From contig DASQMR010000353.1 of the NCBI GenBank assembly GCA_035645375.1, positions 12,555 to 76,554 on the forward strand: a stretch of 64,000 bases of DNA, in the 5' to 3' direction. Below the pieces are notes generated by a model. That model saw only the letters and a program-made list of their open reading frames with translations. It did no database searches and had not been told where the DNA came from. Source of the DNA: Rubrobacteraceae bacterium (GTDB lineage: Bacteria > Actinomycetota > Rubrobacteria > Rubrobacterales > Rubrobacteraceae). Every line of letters begins with the position of its first letter. Position 1 is the first letter of the stretch. The position numbers were made by a program, and so were the translations under genes. Shown piece by piece: positions 10,082 through 19,675 of this stretch.

Positions 10082-10890
10082 TACAGAAAAGTCCTCCGAA
10101 CGGCGCGCCACCAGGACCACTCGTCGGTCCTGCCTATTCTAACGCTCTTCCGGGAGAGACCAACGGTAAGCCTCTCGCCGGGGGGGATCTCCTCCGGATC
10201 GCCGCCGTCCAGAGAGAGGAGCGCCCCTCTCTCCAAGATCCGCAACTCGACGACCTGATCCTCACCCAAGACCAGCGGGCGACTAATGAGGGAGTGCGGG
10301 GCGATAGGAACGAGAACGAAACAGGGCACATCGCCCGAGATCAGAGGCCCGCCAGCGGAGAGCGCGTAGGCCGTCGAGCCGAGAGGCGTGGCAGAGACCA
10401 GACCGTCACACTGGTAGGAGACGAGTTCTTCACCGTTAACGGCGACGTCCACACGCACGATCTGGTGAGGCTGCTCCTTGAGGAGCACCGCATCGTTTGC
10501 GGCCATGCGGATATCCCCGTCGCCGTCCGTGCGCACCTCCAACATCCGGTACTCCTGGACGTGCAAACCGCCGCCGAGCACCTTCCCGACCCCCGTCTCG
10601 AGCTCCTCGGGGCGCATACCGCTCATAAAGCCGACCGTTCCGAGGTTGACTCCGAGCAACACCTGCCCTGGATACATCCGTGACGCCCGGAGCATCGTCC
10701 CGTCCCCACCTAGAACGAAGACCAGGTCCAGGTCCCCGTCCCCCTGGCTCTCCCCGGTCGGCTCCGAGAACCTCTCGACCTCAACCCCTTGTTCCTTGAG
10801 AATTCCGACCAGCCGCTCGGAGTGCCCGTCGTCTACCTTCGCGTTCGCCACGATTCCGACCCGCCGGATCTCAGCCTGAGCCTCGTTCAC
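10081..10890 (-). CDS. nadK: NAD kinase
   Basis: GGDGTML, ND, DGLVSATPLGSTAYALSAGGP. Confidence 0.95.
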   Translation of the reverse strand: MNEAQAEIRRVGIVANAKVDDGHSERLVGILKEQGVEVERFSEPTGESQGDGDLDLVFVLGGDGTMLRASRMYPGQVLLGVNLGTVGFMSGMRPEELETGVGKVLGGGLHVQEYRMLEVRTDGDGDIRMAANDAVLLKEQPHQIVRVDVAVNGEELVSYQCDGLVSATPLGSTAYALSAGGPLISGDVPCFVLVPIAPHSLISRPLVLGEDQVVELRILERGALLSLDGGDPEEIPPGERLTVGLSRKSVRIGRTDEWSWWRAVRRTFL

Positions 10891-11690
10891 GCCTCTTCTC
10901 CAACTACCGTGAGTATGCGCTCGTTGTCGAGCGTAGTCTCAGCTCCCCGCAGAAGATACAGAACGTACTCAACGTTCCCGGCCCTCCTCCCGGCTACCGG
11001 CGAGCGTGCCACGTCTGCCGCCCCGAAGCCTATGGACCCGAATGCCTCTGCCGCTCCTCGTACCACCGCCGCGCGCACCGTCGGATCCCGCACGATTCCC
11101 CCGCGCTTTACGTGCTCGGGCCCGGCCTCGAACTGCGGCTTGACGAGCACCACGGCCTCGTCTACCGAAGCCGTCGTCGAGAGAAGATTTCTGAGCGCGA
11201 CCAGGAGCGAGATAAAAGAGAGGTCCGCCACGAGCAGACTCGGCCCAAACGGCAGCTCTTCGCCCGACAGATACCTCACGTTCGTACGCTCCATAACGAT
11301 TACTCGCGCATCGCTTCGCAGGCTCCAATCCAGCTGCCCGTAACCGACGTCGACCGTTATGACCCGCCGCGCTTCGCGCCGCAAGAGTACGTCTGTAAAC
11401 CCACCCGTCGAAGCTCCTGCGTCCAGACAGTCCCGTCCTTCGACCCTTACCCCGAACGCGTCGAGAGCGTAGTCGAGCTTCTCCCCCGCGCGAGATACGA
11501 AAGCGCTGCCGCGCGGAGAGTTTATGGTTACTTCAGCATCCGGTACGACACGGTGTCCAGCCTTCGTGACTACGTCGCCACCGACGCGCACGGCACCGGC
11601 CAAGACGAGGGCCTGCGCCCTTGACCGGCTCTCCGCCAGGCCTTTCTCGACGAGCAGGGCGTCGAGCCGCGGCGGGAGTCCTCCAGGCAT
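10887..11690 (-). CDS. tlyA: TlyA family rRNA methyltransferase
   Basis: RLDALL, FVSRAGEKL, DAGASTGGFTD, KPQFE; start trimmed to ATG 11690. Confidence 0.94.
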   Translation of the reverse strand: MPGGLPPRLDALLVEKGLAESRSRAQALVLAGAVRVGGDVVTKAGHRVVPDAEVTINSPRGSAFVSRAGEKLDYALDAFGVRVEGRDCLDAGASTGGFTDVLLRREARRVITVDVGYGQLDWSLRSDARVIVMERTNVRYLSGEELPFGPSLLVADLSFISLLVALRNLLSTTASVDEAVVLVKPQFEAGPEHVKRGGIVRDPTVRAAVVRGAAEAFGSIGFGAADVARSPVAGRRAGNVEYVLYLLRGAETTLDNERILTVVGEEA

Positions 11691-11733
11691 CTCTTTAGAC
11701 CCCTCCGCCCCGCTGTCGACTCCGGCGGGGACG

Positions 11734-12654
11734 CTAATGGCCCCGGTGCCGGACGAAGAGCACCAGATCGTACAGGCCGGAAGTATCTCCCTCGACCGTT
11801 TCGAGAGCCCGAATCGCCTTCCCGGCGGCCTCGTCGGCCTCCCTCTTCGCACCGTCCAGGCCGTAGACCCCGACGAACGTCGCCTTTCCTTGCTCGGCGT
11901 CGCTCCCGGCGCTTTTGCCCAGGACTTCCCGGGTCGAGGTAGCGTTCAGGACGTCGTCTACGATCTGGAAGCACAGCCCCAGCTCCATCGCGTATTCCGA
12001 GACCGCCGACTGCTCCGCCTCGCCCGCGCCCGCCAGGACTGCTCCTATCCTCGCGCTGCTCTTTATGAGAGCTCCCGTCTTGTAAGTGTGGATCATGCGA
12101 AGCGTCTCGGGATCGGCGTCGCCTCCCCTCCCGGTCTGGTCCATGTCGATGACCTGGCCCCCGACCATACCGTTTACCCCGGTCGAGCCTGCAAGCTCGC
12201 GCACCACCTCGAGAATCTGCTCGTTGTACCCCTCCTGATGTATGGTGATTAGGGTTAGCGCCTCCCCGAAAAAGGCGTCACCCGCGAGTATCGCCATCGC
12301 CTCGCCGTATTTCTTGTGAGCAGTCGGCCTGCCCCGCCGGAAATCGTCATCGTCCATCGCCGGCAGATCGTCGTGGATCAAAGAATACGTATGTATTAGT
12401 TCTATAGCGGCGGCGCTCGGCAGTACAAGTTCCGGCTCCGCCCCGAAGACCCCCGCTACCTCCATACACAGCGTTGGCCTGACTCTCTTACCCCCGCCGA
12501 GCATTGAGTAACGCATCGCCTCGACGAGACCTCGCAAACGTGGTTCTTCAGAGAAGGTCAGCCCTTCGAGGTAAGCCTCGAACCGCGTCCGGTGCTCCTC
12601 CCAACGTGCGTCGCTCCGCGCAACGTCCCTCGCCTCCCAATACCTTTTATCCAT
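11734..12654 (-). CDS. ispA: Polyprenyl (farnesyl/geranylgeranyl) diphosphate synthase
   Basis: GGKRVRP, HDDLPAMDDDDFRRG, KTG, FQIVDD; ATG 12654 with upstream SD-like sequence. Confidence 0.94.
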   Translation of the reverse strand: MDKRYWEARDVARSDARWEEHRTRFEAYLEGLTFSEEPRLRGLVEAMRYSMLGGGKRVRPTLCMEVAGVFGAEPELVLPSAAAIELIHTYSLIHDDLPAMDDDDFRRGRPTAHKKYGEAMAILAGDAFFGEALTLITIHQEGYNEQILEVVRELAGSTGVNGMVGGQVIDMDQTGRGGDADPETLRMIHTYKTGALIKSSARIGAVLAGAGEAEQSAVSEYAMELGLCFQIVDDVLNATSTREVLGKSAGSDAEQGKATFVGVYGLDGAKREADEAAGKAIRALETVEGDTSGLYDLVLFVRHRGH

Positions 12655-13093
12655 ATCCGACCTGCCAGTCCACTCCCTCCTCGGAAACCTTCTCCACGCC
12701 CCCGTGACCCATCTCTCTGGCTCCCCGAAGGACACCGCCCACAAACTGCGGCGCCTCGTCGCTGGAGAATCCCTTGGCAAGCTCCATCGCCTCGCCCGCA
12801 GCGACCTCGGCTGGCACGTCATCAACGTAGAGCATCTCGTAGAGCGCGAGACGGAGGATAGTCCGGTCTATGGCGCTCATCCTGTGTACGGGCCAGCCGA
12901 CCGATACCTCACCGAGGAGGGCGTCCAACGCCTCTCTCTCGCCCTCGACCCCGCGCGCGAGCCTCTCGGTGTAGACATCGATCTCCCCTCGATACTCTCG
13001 CCAGCGCTCCAGAATCTCAGCCACGGGGCGCCCGATCACGTCACGTTGGTAGAGCGCGAGAAAAGCATTCTTGCGGGCTGTGCGTCGGCTCAA
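12647..13093 (-). CDS. nusB: Transcription antitermination factor NusB
   Basis: SRRTAR...LYQ, DRTILRLALYE, FVGGVL. Confidence 0.95.
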   Translation of the reverse strand: MSRRTARKNAFLALYQRDVIGRPVAEILERWREYRGEIDVYTERLARGVEGEREALDALLGEVSVGWPVHRMSAIDRTILRLALYEMLYVDDVPAEVAAGEAMELAKGFSSDEAPQFVGGVLRGAREMGHGGVEKVSEEGVDWQVGYG

Positions 13094-13098
13094 AAGCC

Positions 13099-13656
13099 CT
13101 AAACCCTCGTCAGATATTCTTTGGTACGGGTATCCACCCTCACCCTCTCCCCGACGTTCACGAAGAGCGGCACCTGAACCACGAGGCCGGTCTCGAGCGT
13201 CGCGGGCTTGGTACCGCCGGTCGCCGTGTCCCCCTTGAGACCCGGGTCGGTCTCCTTCACTTCAAGGTCGACGTGCGCCGGAGGCTCGACGCTGACGACC
13301 TCTCCATCAGCAGAGAGCACCTTGACCTCGCCGTTTGGCACGATAAACCCCTCAGCCTCGCCTAAGACCTCTGCCGGGATGGGGGTCTGCTCGTACGTGC
13401 CCGTATCCATGAAATTGTAGAGGTCCCCATCTTTGTAGAGGAACGTCATCGGTCGTGACTCAGTGCGCACGCTCTCGAGCTTCTCGCCGGCCCGAAAGGT
13501 CTTCTCGATCACGGCGCCCGTGTCTATGTTTCTCAGGCGCGTCCTAACAAACGCGCCACCCTTGCCGGGCTTTACGTGCTGAAAGTAAATTATGGTGAAC
13601 CGCTTGCCGTCCGTCCGGATGGCCGCGCCGTTCCTAAACTGGCTGGTAGAGATCAT
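13099..13656 (-). CDS. efp: Elongation factor P
   Basis: [28 protein letters not shown]. Confidence 0.98.
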   Translation of the reverse strand: MISTSQFRNGAAIRTDGKRFTIIYFQHVKPGKGGAFVRTRLRNIDTGAVIEKTFRAGEKLESVRTESRPMTFLYKDGDLYNFMDTGTYEQTPIPAEVLGEAEGFIVPNGEVKVLSADGEVVSVEPPAHVDLEVKETDPGLKGDTATGGTKPATLETGLVVQVPLFVNVGERVRVDTRTKEYLTRV

Positions 13657-13707
13657 CGCCTCAAATACTCCTCGAAAGTACCGTCTCGCTGTGAAAACGC
13701 CGCGATA

Positions 13708-14108
13708 TTATCGCATATTAGAGCGCCCGTTAGAGCTTCCGGCTTTTGTACCGGGCGAGACGCGAGAAGGGCTCGATCCCTTCCGCACTACCCTTCCCGC
13801 ACCACTAAGGCCTCCCCGACCACCGCGGTAGACCGTCGAGGCCCCGAAACCAAGTCCGCTTTCGAAAAATCTCGCCAATGCTCCTCCGGCACGAAGATCT
13901 TCGGCACCTCGAACGAGCCGAAGGTAGGTAGACCCCACACGAAAACCGCTCCTAGTCTTCGTAGACAAAGGAGAACTCGCAAGGGCCGCGGAGAAACCGA
14001 AAAATTCCCGGAGAAGCGCCGTACGTCCTCAGGTCTCGTACGCGCGAAAACCGAACATCGGCTACACAAGTAGCGCAGGGGCCTCCTCTCCGCTTCTCCG
14101 TTGCCCAA
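13708..14108 (-). pseudogene. Possible degraded remnant of an Xaa-Pro peptidase N-terminal domain, or a small hypothetical protein
   Basis: Sits in the aroQ-efp slot. Two overlapping frames give RPEDVRRFSG and LARFFESGLGFGAS, loosely like creatinase/M24 N-domain motifs. Confidence 0.25.
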
Positions 14109-14116
14109 CGATAATC

Positions 14117-14551
14117 TCAGGGTCCTTCACGCCGCGATTGCAAGTAGGCAACGGCCGCCCGATAACCCTCCGCTCCCATTCCGGCGACAACCGCGTCCAC
14201 AGCCGAAGACACCACCGAATGCCGCCGCCAGACCTCTCTCGCGTGGACGTTCGAGAGATGCACCTCTACCTTGGGCACCAGCACGGTCTCTAAAGCATCA
14301 TGGAGGGCGTAAGAGTAGTGGGTCCAGGCACCGGGATTTATGACCAAACCTCCAGATTCCGCCGCCTCCCGTATAAAACCAACCATCTCACCCTCGTAAT
14401 CTGTCTGTCTGAACTGGAACTCCACCTCTGGAAACTCGTCTTTGAGCAGGCTCTCTATGTCGTTTAGGGTTAAGTTGCCATAGACCTCCGGACGGCGGTG
14501 ACCGAGAGTCCCGAGGTTGACGCCGTTAAGAACGAAGACTTCAGCGGGCAA
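14117..14551 (-). CDS. aroQ: Type II 3-dehydroquinate dehydratase
   Basis: LNGVNL...RPEVYG, INPGAWTHYS, EVHLSNVHARE. Confidence 0.95.
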   Translation of the reverse strand: MPAEVFVLNGVNLGTLGHRRPEVYGNLTLNDIESLLKDEFPEVEFQFRQTDYEGEMVGFIREAAESGGLVINPGAWTHYSYALHDALETVLVPKVEVHLSNVHAREVWRRHSVVSSAVDAVVAGMGAEGYRAAVAYLQSRREGP

Positions 14552-15623
14552 GTACGGCTCCTATCACGCGCCGGGCCTCCTCGAAGGTGACGGGCACATC
14601 TCGCTCTGGACGGCCGGGACCGTGCAGGAGGACGAAACGGTATTCTCCGCGTCGATCAGAAGTACGGCGCTTCTTATCGCGGCCCATCGCGTCGAGAACC
14701 CTCTCGACGTCTACGGGGGGAAGCTCGAGCGGCAGTCCTGCGGCCCGGAGAAGGGTTTCGTGGGTCGGGAGTAGATCGGTGCGGAACCTCTCGTCACTAA
14801 GGTGGGCGGCGGCAAGCATACCAGCGGCAACAGCCTCGCCGTGAGGTAGATTGTACCCAGCGGCGGCTTCCAGACCGTGGCCGATAGTGTGACCGTAATT
14901 CAGTACGGCCCGAAGGCCAGACTCGCGCTCGTCCTTCGCGACCACAGCTGCCTTGTAGCGGACAGAATGCAGGATCAGAGCCTGCCTCGCACTCGTTTCG
15001 CCTGAGCGAACAGCATCCAACCGTTCCAGATCCCTGAAGAACTCGCCGCCAGCGAGTAGCCCCATCTTGACAACCTCGGCCAGCCCCTGGGAAACCTCAC
15101 GTGGCGGGAGGGTTTCGAGCCAGCGAATGTCCGCCGCAACGAGCCGAGGTTGGAGGAACGCGCCGATTAGGTTCTTGCCCTCGGCGAGATCCAGCCCGAC
15201 CTTCCCTCCAACAGAGCTATCTACCATCGCCAGCAGGGAGGTAGGCAGCTGAACTAAGTCTACCCCCCGCATGTAACTGCTCGCCACGAAGCCGCCCAGG
15301 TCGCCAACCACTCCTCCCCCAAGCGCGAAGAGCGTGCCGCCGCGCGGTAGTCCGGAGCGGGCGAGACCGCGTACCACTTCCTCGTAGACGGAGATGCTCT
15401 TTGAGGCCTCACCAGCCGGGACCGTTACGGTATCGATCACGTTCCATCCGGTAGCCTTTAGCGCCGCTTCCACAGAGGAGGCGTAGAGCGGGCCTACGAT
15501 GGAGTCCGTGAGGACGACAGCGGTCCCGGAAGCTAGCGTAGCGGAGATGACTTCTGCGAGGTCTAGAGCGTCCTCTATCCGGACCTCGTAGGGGGTCATC
15601 GCCTCAACGGTTATGCTGCTCAT
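14541..15623 (-). CDS. aroB: 3-dehydroquinate synthase
   Basis: GGGVVGDLGGF, PTSLLAMVDSSVGGK, LNYGHTIGH, HGEAV. Confidence 0.96.
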   Translation of the reverse strand: MSSITVEAMTPYEVRIEDALDLAEVISATLASGTAVVLTDSIVGPLYASSVEAALKATGWNVIDTVTVPAGEASKSISVYEEVVRGLARSGLPRGGTLFALGGGVVGDLGGFVASSYMRGVDLVQLPTSLLAMVDSSVGGKVGLDLAEGKNLIGAFLQPRLVAADIRWLETLPPREVSQGLAEVVKMGLLAGGEFFRDLERLDAVRSGETSARQALILHSVRYKAAVVAKDERESGLRAVLNYGHTIGHGLEAAAGYNLPHGEAVAAGMLAAAHLSDERFRTDLLPTHETLLRAAGLPLELPPVDVERVLDAMGRDKKRRTSDRRGEYRFVLLHGPGRPERDVPVTFEEARRVIGAVLAR

Positions 15624-16126
15624 CACGCGGCGCAGAACCAATCGAGGATCTCGTCAGCGATTCGGTAAGACGAGCGGTTTTTGGTCTTTATCTGGAGCGA
15701 GGCGACCTCCAGGTAGTAGGGGAGGCGCTCAGCGTACCTGCGGGCGAAGTCTTCGTAGCTCGTACCTCGCAGAGGGCGACCGGACCCCCGAGTTCTCCGG
15801 TAGAGAACGTCCGTATCCTCCCACAGGAACACGGTCGGTACCTGCATGAGCCGGGCACGGTTACGGGGGTCTACGACGACGCCGCCGCCGCAGGAGACCA
15901 CTGAGTGAGGCGAGCCGTCGAGAGCACGCAAGAGCTCCCGGCGCTCGAGGTCACGGAAGTGAGGCTCGCCGGAGAACTCGAAAATCTCGGAGATGGAGAG
16001 CGCCGCAGTGTCGGCGACGGCCTGATCCAGGTCCACAAGCTCATAACCTAGCTCCCGAGCTACCGTGCGCCCCACGGTGCTCTTGCCGCTGCCCATGTAC
16101 CCGACGATGGCCAAAGGGCCCTCCAA
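15623..16126 (-). CDS. aroK: Shikimate kinase
   Basis: GYMGSGKST, GEPHFRDLE, GGGVV, RPL; start uncertain (TTG 16126 or upstream). Confidence 0.93.
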   Translation of the reverse strand: MEGPLAIVGYMGSGKSTVGRTVARELGYELVDLDQAVADTAALSISEIFEFSGEPHFRDLERRELLRALDGSPHSVVSCGGGVVVDPRNRARLMQVPTVFLWEDTDVLYRRTRGSGRPLRGTSYEDFARRYAERLPYYLEVASLQIKTKNRSSYRIADEILDWFCAA

Positions 16127-16130
16127 GAGG

Positions 16131-17312
16131 TTAGCGACTCGTCTCAGGACGCCTCTCTCGCATGGCGCCACGCAGGCGCGAGCGGTAAGCGTCGTGAGCG
16201 ACCCCTATGTCGGTCATGTTATCCGCGCCGAATTTCTCTAAAAACGCTTCGGCGAGCACGACGGCTAACATCGACTCTCCGACTACGGCGGCGGCAGGAA
16301 CGGCGCACGAGTCAGCTCGCTCCCGGAAGGCGCGTGCGGGCTCGTAGGTCGAGAGGTCAACCGTACGCAGCGCTTGCGCGATCGTTGAGATAGGCTTCAT
16401 CGCCGCAGCGACAACTACGGGCTCACCGTTGGTCATGCCGCCTTCAAAGCCGCCCAGACGGTTGCTGGAGCGGATCAACTCGCCGTTCTCAAGAAGAATC
16501 TCGTCTTGCACCTCGCTGGAGCGCCGGCTCGCTACGCCGAAACCCAGACCGATCTCTACGCCCTTTATGGCGTTGATGGACATGATCGCATGCGCCAGCT
16601 TCGCATCTAGCTTGTCGCGCCAGTCCACGTATGAGCCCAGTCCCGGCGGACATCCCTCTGCCGTCACGACGAACTCTCCACCCAAGGCGTCCCGCGCGTA
16701 GCGAGCAGCGTCGATCTCTGCCTTCATCTTCTCCGTGGCCTCTGGATCGGGACAACGTACATCTGACTCGTCGGCCTTAGCCGCCAAAAGGGCGGCCTGC
16801 TCCTTCTCGATCGCGGCCTCCCCGATCCGGTAAACCGCGCTATGAATCGTGATCCCGAACTCCTTGAGAAGTCTCCTGGCGACACCGCCAGCCGCAACCC
16901 TGGCGGTCGTCTCGCGAGCGCTGGAGCGCTCCAGGACGTTCCTCAAATCTTCAAAAGCGTACTTCTGCATCCCGGCGAGATCCGCGTGGCCGGGGCGGGG
17001 TAGGGTAACTTTCTTATGGTCCTCTTCGGGAGGGTCCGGGGTCATCCGGCTCTCCCAGTTCGCGTAGTCATTGTTGCGGACGAGCATCGCAATCGGAGAG
17101 CCCAAAGTGTACCCATGGCGCACGCCGCCTAGGAACTCGATCTCGTCTTTCTCTATCTTCTGTCGCCCGCCTCGCCCGTAACCTCTCTGCCTCCGGGCAA
17201 GGTCCTCGTTGACGTCTCCGGCGCCAAGTTCGAGACCTGCCGGAACCCCGTGTACTAGAGTCACCTCGCCCGGCCCATGAGACTCACCTGCCGTAGAAAA
17301 CCCGAACCTCAC
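16131..17312 (-). CDS. aroC: Chorismate synthase
   Basis: TAGESHG, PRPGHADL, ERSSARET, MKPIST. Confidence 0.97.
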   Translation of the reverse strand: MRFGFSTAGESHGPGEVTLVHGVPAGLELGAGDVNEDLARRQRGYGRGGRQKIEKDEIEFLGGVRHGYTLGSPIAMLVRNNDYANWESRMTPDPPEEDHKKVTLPRPGHADLAGMQKYAFEDLRNVLERSSARETTARVAAGGVARRLLKEFGITIHSAVYRIGEAAIEKEQAALLAAKADESDVRCPDPEATEKMKAEIDAARYARDALGGEFVVTAEGCPPGLGSYVDWRDKLDAKLAHAIMSINAIKGVEIGLGFGVASRRSSEVQDEILLENGELIRSSNRLGGFEGGMTNGEPVVVAAAMKPISTIAQALRTVDLSTYEPARAFRERADSCAVPAAAVVGESMLAVVLAEAFLEKFGADNMTDIGVAHDAYRSRLRGAMRERRPETSR

Positions 17313-17378
17313 CGTATGCGTACGTCCTTTCTTGATAGATCGTTGGTTAATCGGCCGCCGTTCCGAACGACCCTAGCT

Positions 17379-17407
17379 AATATAAACCACGCAACCCGTC
17401 TGGTCAC
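17379..17407 (-). promoter_or_regulatory. Putative sigma70-type promoter of the aro operon
   Basis: GTGACC-N17-TATATT upstream of aroC; AAGGA SD-like sequence downstream. Confidence 0.4.
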
Positions 17408-17417
17408 CTTTATTCGA

Positions 17418-17456
17418 GCAGGGGGCGAAGCTTTACCTCGCTCGCGGCGAGCCTGC
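17418..17456 (-). terminator. Possible branched hairpin after the pil operon
   Basis: GCAGG...CCTGC outer stem enclosing CTCG/CGAG and CGAGG/CTTCG hairpins; no U-tract. Confidence 0.25.
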
Positions 17457-17475
17457 CACAGAGGCACCTGGCTAC

Positions 17476-18153
17476 TTAAGGGAATGCCAAATCCCCACCG
17501 CTATCGAATAGACCGTTGTTGCTACCGCCTGAACCGGCGGCGCCGCCCTGGCCCGTACCACCCTGTCCAGCGCCGCCCTGTCCGTCATCCCCGCCTCCGC
17601 TGCTACGTTCCGCATCGCCGCTGCGACGGTCGCCGCCGCTACCACCACTATCTCGAATATCCGGACCTCTCGGGGAGGGCCCATCGTTACGGCTGCTGCC
17701 ACTCCCATTGTTAGAATCGCTGTCACCATTGCTGGCCCCGGTAGTATTCTCTCCGGCACTGCCGCCTCCGCTGCCACCGTTGCCGCCGTCATCGTCGGAC
17801 TTTTCAACACCGATGTTGCCGAACGGATCTTTCTTCTCAAAGGCGGAGTAGGAGTCCGTATCGCGGTTTTCGACCCCGGGGGCGGGGGTTTCGGGGCCTT
17901 CGCTCTCGGAGTCCTGGGCGGCTTGGGGTTGGGATGCCTGGGTCGCGACCTGGCCCGTCCCCGTCTCGTCTGGCTCCCCTCCCATCAGGGCGCCCGTCAA
18001 AATCCAGGCGAAGATAAGAAGCGCCAGGAGCGCCAGGAGCGCCGGTACTACCTTGTTGTCGCGCAACAGACCGTCTCGGATACGTTCGCCCGCCGCCAGC
18101 ACGCGGTTTGCGGCACGGCTTCCGGGCCCTAGAAGCTGCGCCCGACGGATCAC
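17476..18153 (-). CDS. Membrane-anchored protein with Gly/Ser/Asp-rich tail in the PilP position
   Basis: One TM helix, KKDPF motif, low-complexity tail; GTGA overlap with pilO. Confidence 0.7.
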   Translation of the reverse strand: MIRRAQLLGPGSRAANRVLAAGERIRDGLLRDNKVVPALLALLALLIFAWILTGALMGGEPDETGTGQVATQASQPQAAQDSESEGPETPAPGVENRDTDSYSAFEKKDPFGNIGVEKSDDDGGNGGSGGGSAGENTTGASNGDSDSNNGSGSSRNDGPSPRGPDIRDSGGSGGDRRSGDAERSSGGGDDGQGGAGQGGTGQGGAAGSGGSNNGLFDSGGDLAFP

Positions 18154-18884
18154 TTCGGCGCCCCCCCTCCCTTTGGCGTGCCGCCTTCCGGCGAAGGCGC
18201 TGCGCCTCCGCCCGCGGGGGCAGTGCCTCCTCCACCAGCGGTTGTCCCGCCCGCGGCAGGCTGTACGTAGACTTCGGCCTGTATCTCGACCTCCAGCGAG
18301 CCCGGGAGCGCTCCCCTGTTCGCCATGTCGGTCTCCCCCTCCTCCTCGGCTAACTCGATGTCCACGTCACACGACGCCTCTGAAGATATCGGTTCGGGGA
18401 ATCTACAGTAAGTAACTTGATTGACCGTCATCAGCCGCGACAGGTTCCTTATGCGGAGCAAAAAGTCCTGAAGGTCCTCATAGTCCCCCAGAAAAGTCAT
18501 TGTAATGGGTATGCGCGAAAAGTCTCCACTACCGTTAGGCGGAGTTTCCGGAGGACTCGGCGTAATCTCGAACTGCTCCACCCCAGACTGCATGGCGACA
18601 CTCTCTATCTGTACCAGGAGGGTAGGGATCTCGTCTTGCTCCGGGATGCGCTTGGAGAGCTCGAGGATCTGACGCTCAATATTTGGGGCATCGCGCCGAA
18701 CGCCCTCAAGCCGGGCGACCGACTGCTCGAGCTGACCCTTCCGGGCTTCTTTCTGAGTTCGCTCGTTGTACTTTACCAGGTATTCTTGACTCAAGGGGCT
18801 AAAGAGAAGAAAGTAGTAGGCGACACCGAGCAAGATCAGGATCAGAAATCCCAAGATGAGTATGTTCCGGTCGTTGCGGTCCAT
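18150..18884 (-). CDS. pilO: Type IV pilus assembly protein PilO
   Basis: N-terminal TM, coiled coil, RIPEQDEIPTLL, GDYEDLQDFL...LSRL. Confidence 0.88.
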   Translation of the reverse strand: MDRNDRNILILGFLILILLGVAYYFLLFSPLSQEYLVKYNERTQKEARKGQLEQSVARLEGVRRDAPNIERQILELSKRIPEQDEIPTLLVQIESVAMQSGVEQFEITPSPPETPPNGSGDFSRIPITMTFLGDYEDLQDFLLRIRNLSRLMTVNQVTYCRFPEPISSEASCDVDIELAEEEGETDMANRGALPGSLEVEIQAEVYVQPAAGGTTAGGGGTAPAGGGAAPSPEGGTPKGGGAPK

Positions 18885-19675
18885 TAACGCCCCGCCTTCG
18901 GGCGGCCGGCTTTCTCGCCACCAGGCTGCGCCGGGTCGCTCACGTTGTCGTCTATCTGGTCTTCTTCGCTACCCTCCTCGACACCTGAGAGCTGAATCTC
19001 GTCGCCGAACTCGCCGACCCGCGTGACAAGTTCGGCGTTGACCTCGAAGGTTACAGCTCCGGGCGCGGCGAAGTCCGCATCATTACGAGCGGCGGTACTA
19101 AGGTTTGCGTTCGCTAGGTAACGCAAGTTGTCCATCCTAACCAGAAAAGCCGCCACGTTCTGATAGCCGTTCAGCTCGTTTTTGAGCTGCTGACCCCGCC
19201 GTGAAGCGAAACCGCTGAAGGTAATAGTCCCGGTCGGCTCAAGCTTCTGTTGCTCTGCTCCCCCCCCAGACGGCGCGGTGATGTTGATGGGAGTAGCCGT
19301 ACCGGTAAAAACGTCGAGCGCGGTCTCCTCGGGTATCACGAACGCGAGCCCATTCAAGAACTCATCCCAAGCGAATCTCGTCCTGAAGATACCGTCAGCG
19401 ATCGGCTTCTTGGCGTCCAGACGAGCCTGCATGTCTTTGTACGGGGCAAGCTCTTCCAGGCGCACCTGCTGGCGGGCGATATCCTGGTCCACCTGCACGA
19501 TCTGTTCTTCTTCATTGCCGATGCGGATAAAGTAGAAGAGATATAGTCCGATCATTACCATCACCAGCAGAGCGCCCAGGATGAGGAGCACACCTATAAT
19601 GCCGATCCTCGTCGTCGTGGGTACTGTCGTTCGCCGGCCCCGGTCATCCGGCGGAAGGAGATTGACCCTTCTCAT
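18884..19675 (-). CDS. pilN: Type IV pilus assembly protein PilN
   Basis: VNLLP motif, TM, coiled coil, WDEFL...IPE. Confidence 0.88.
   Translation of the reverse strand: MRRVNLLPPDDRGRRTTVPTTTRIGIIGVLLILGALLVMVMIGLYLFYFIRIGNEEEQIVQVDQDIARQQVRLEELAPYKDMQARLDAKKPIADGIFRTRFAWDEFLNGLAFVIPEETALDVFTGTATPINITAPSGGGAEQQKLEPTGTITFSGFASRRGQQLKNELNGYQNVAAFLVRMDNLRYLANANLSTAARNDADFAAPGAVTFEVNAELVTRVGEFGDEIQLSGVEEGSEEDQIDDNVSDPAQPGGEKAGRPKAGR

Noticed and set aside
17500-17800. Repeat array or CRISPR-like periodicity
   Set aside because: Low-complexity Gly/Ser codons; no fixed repeat-spacer structure
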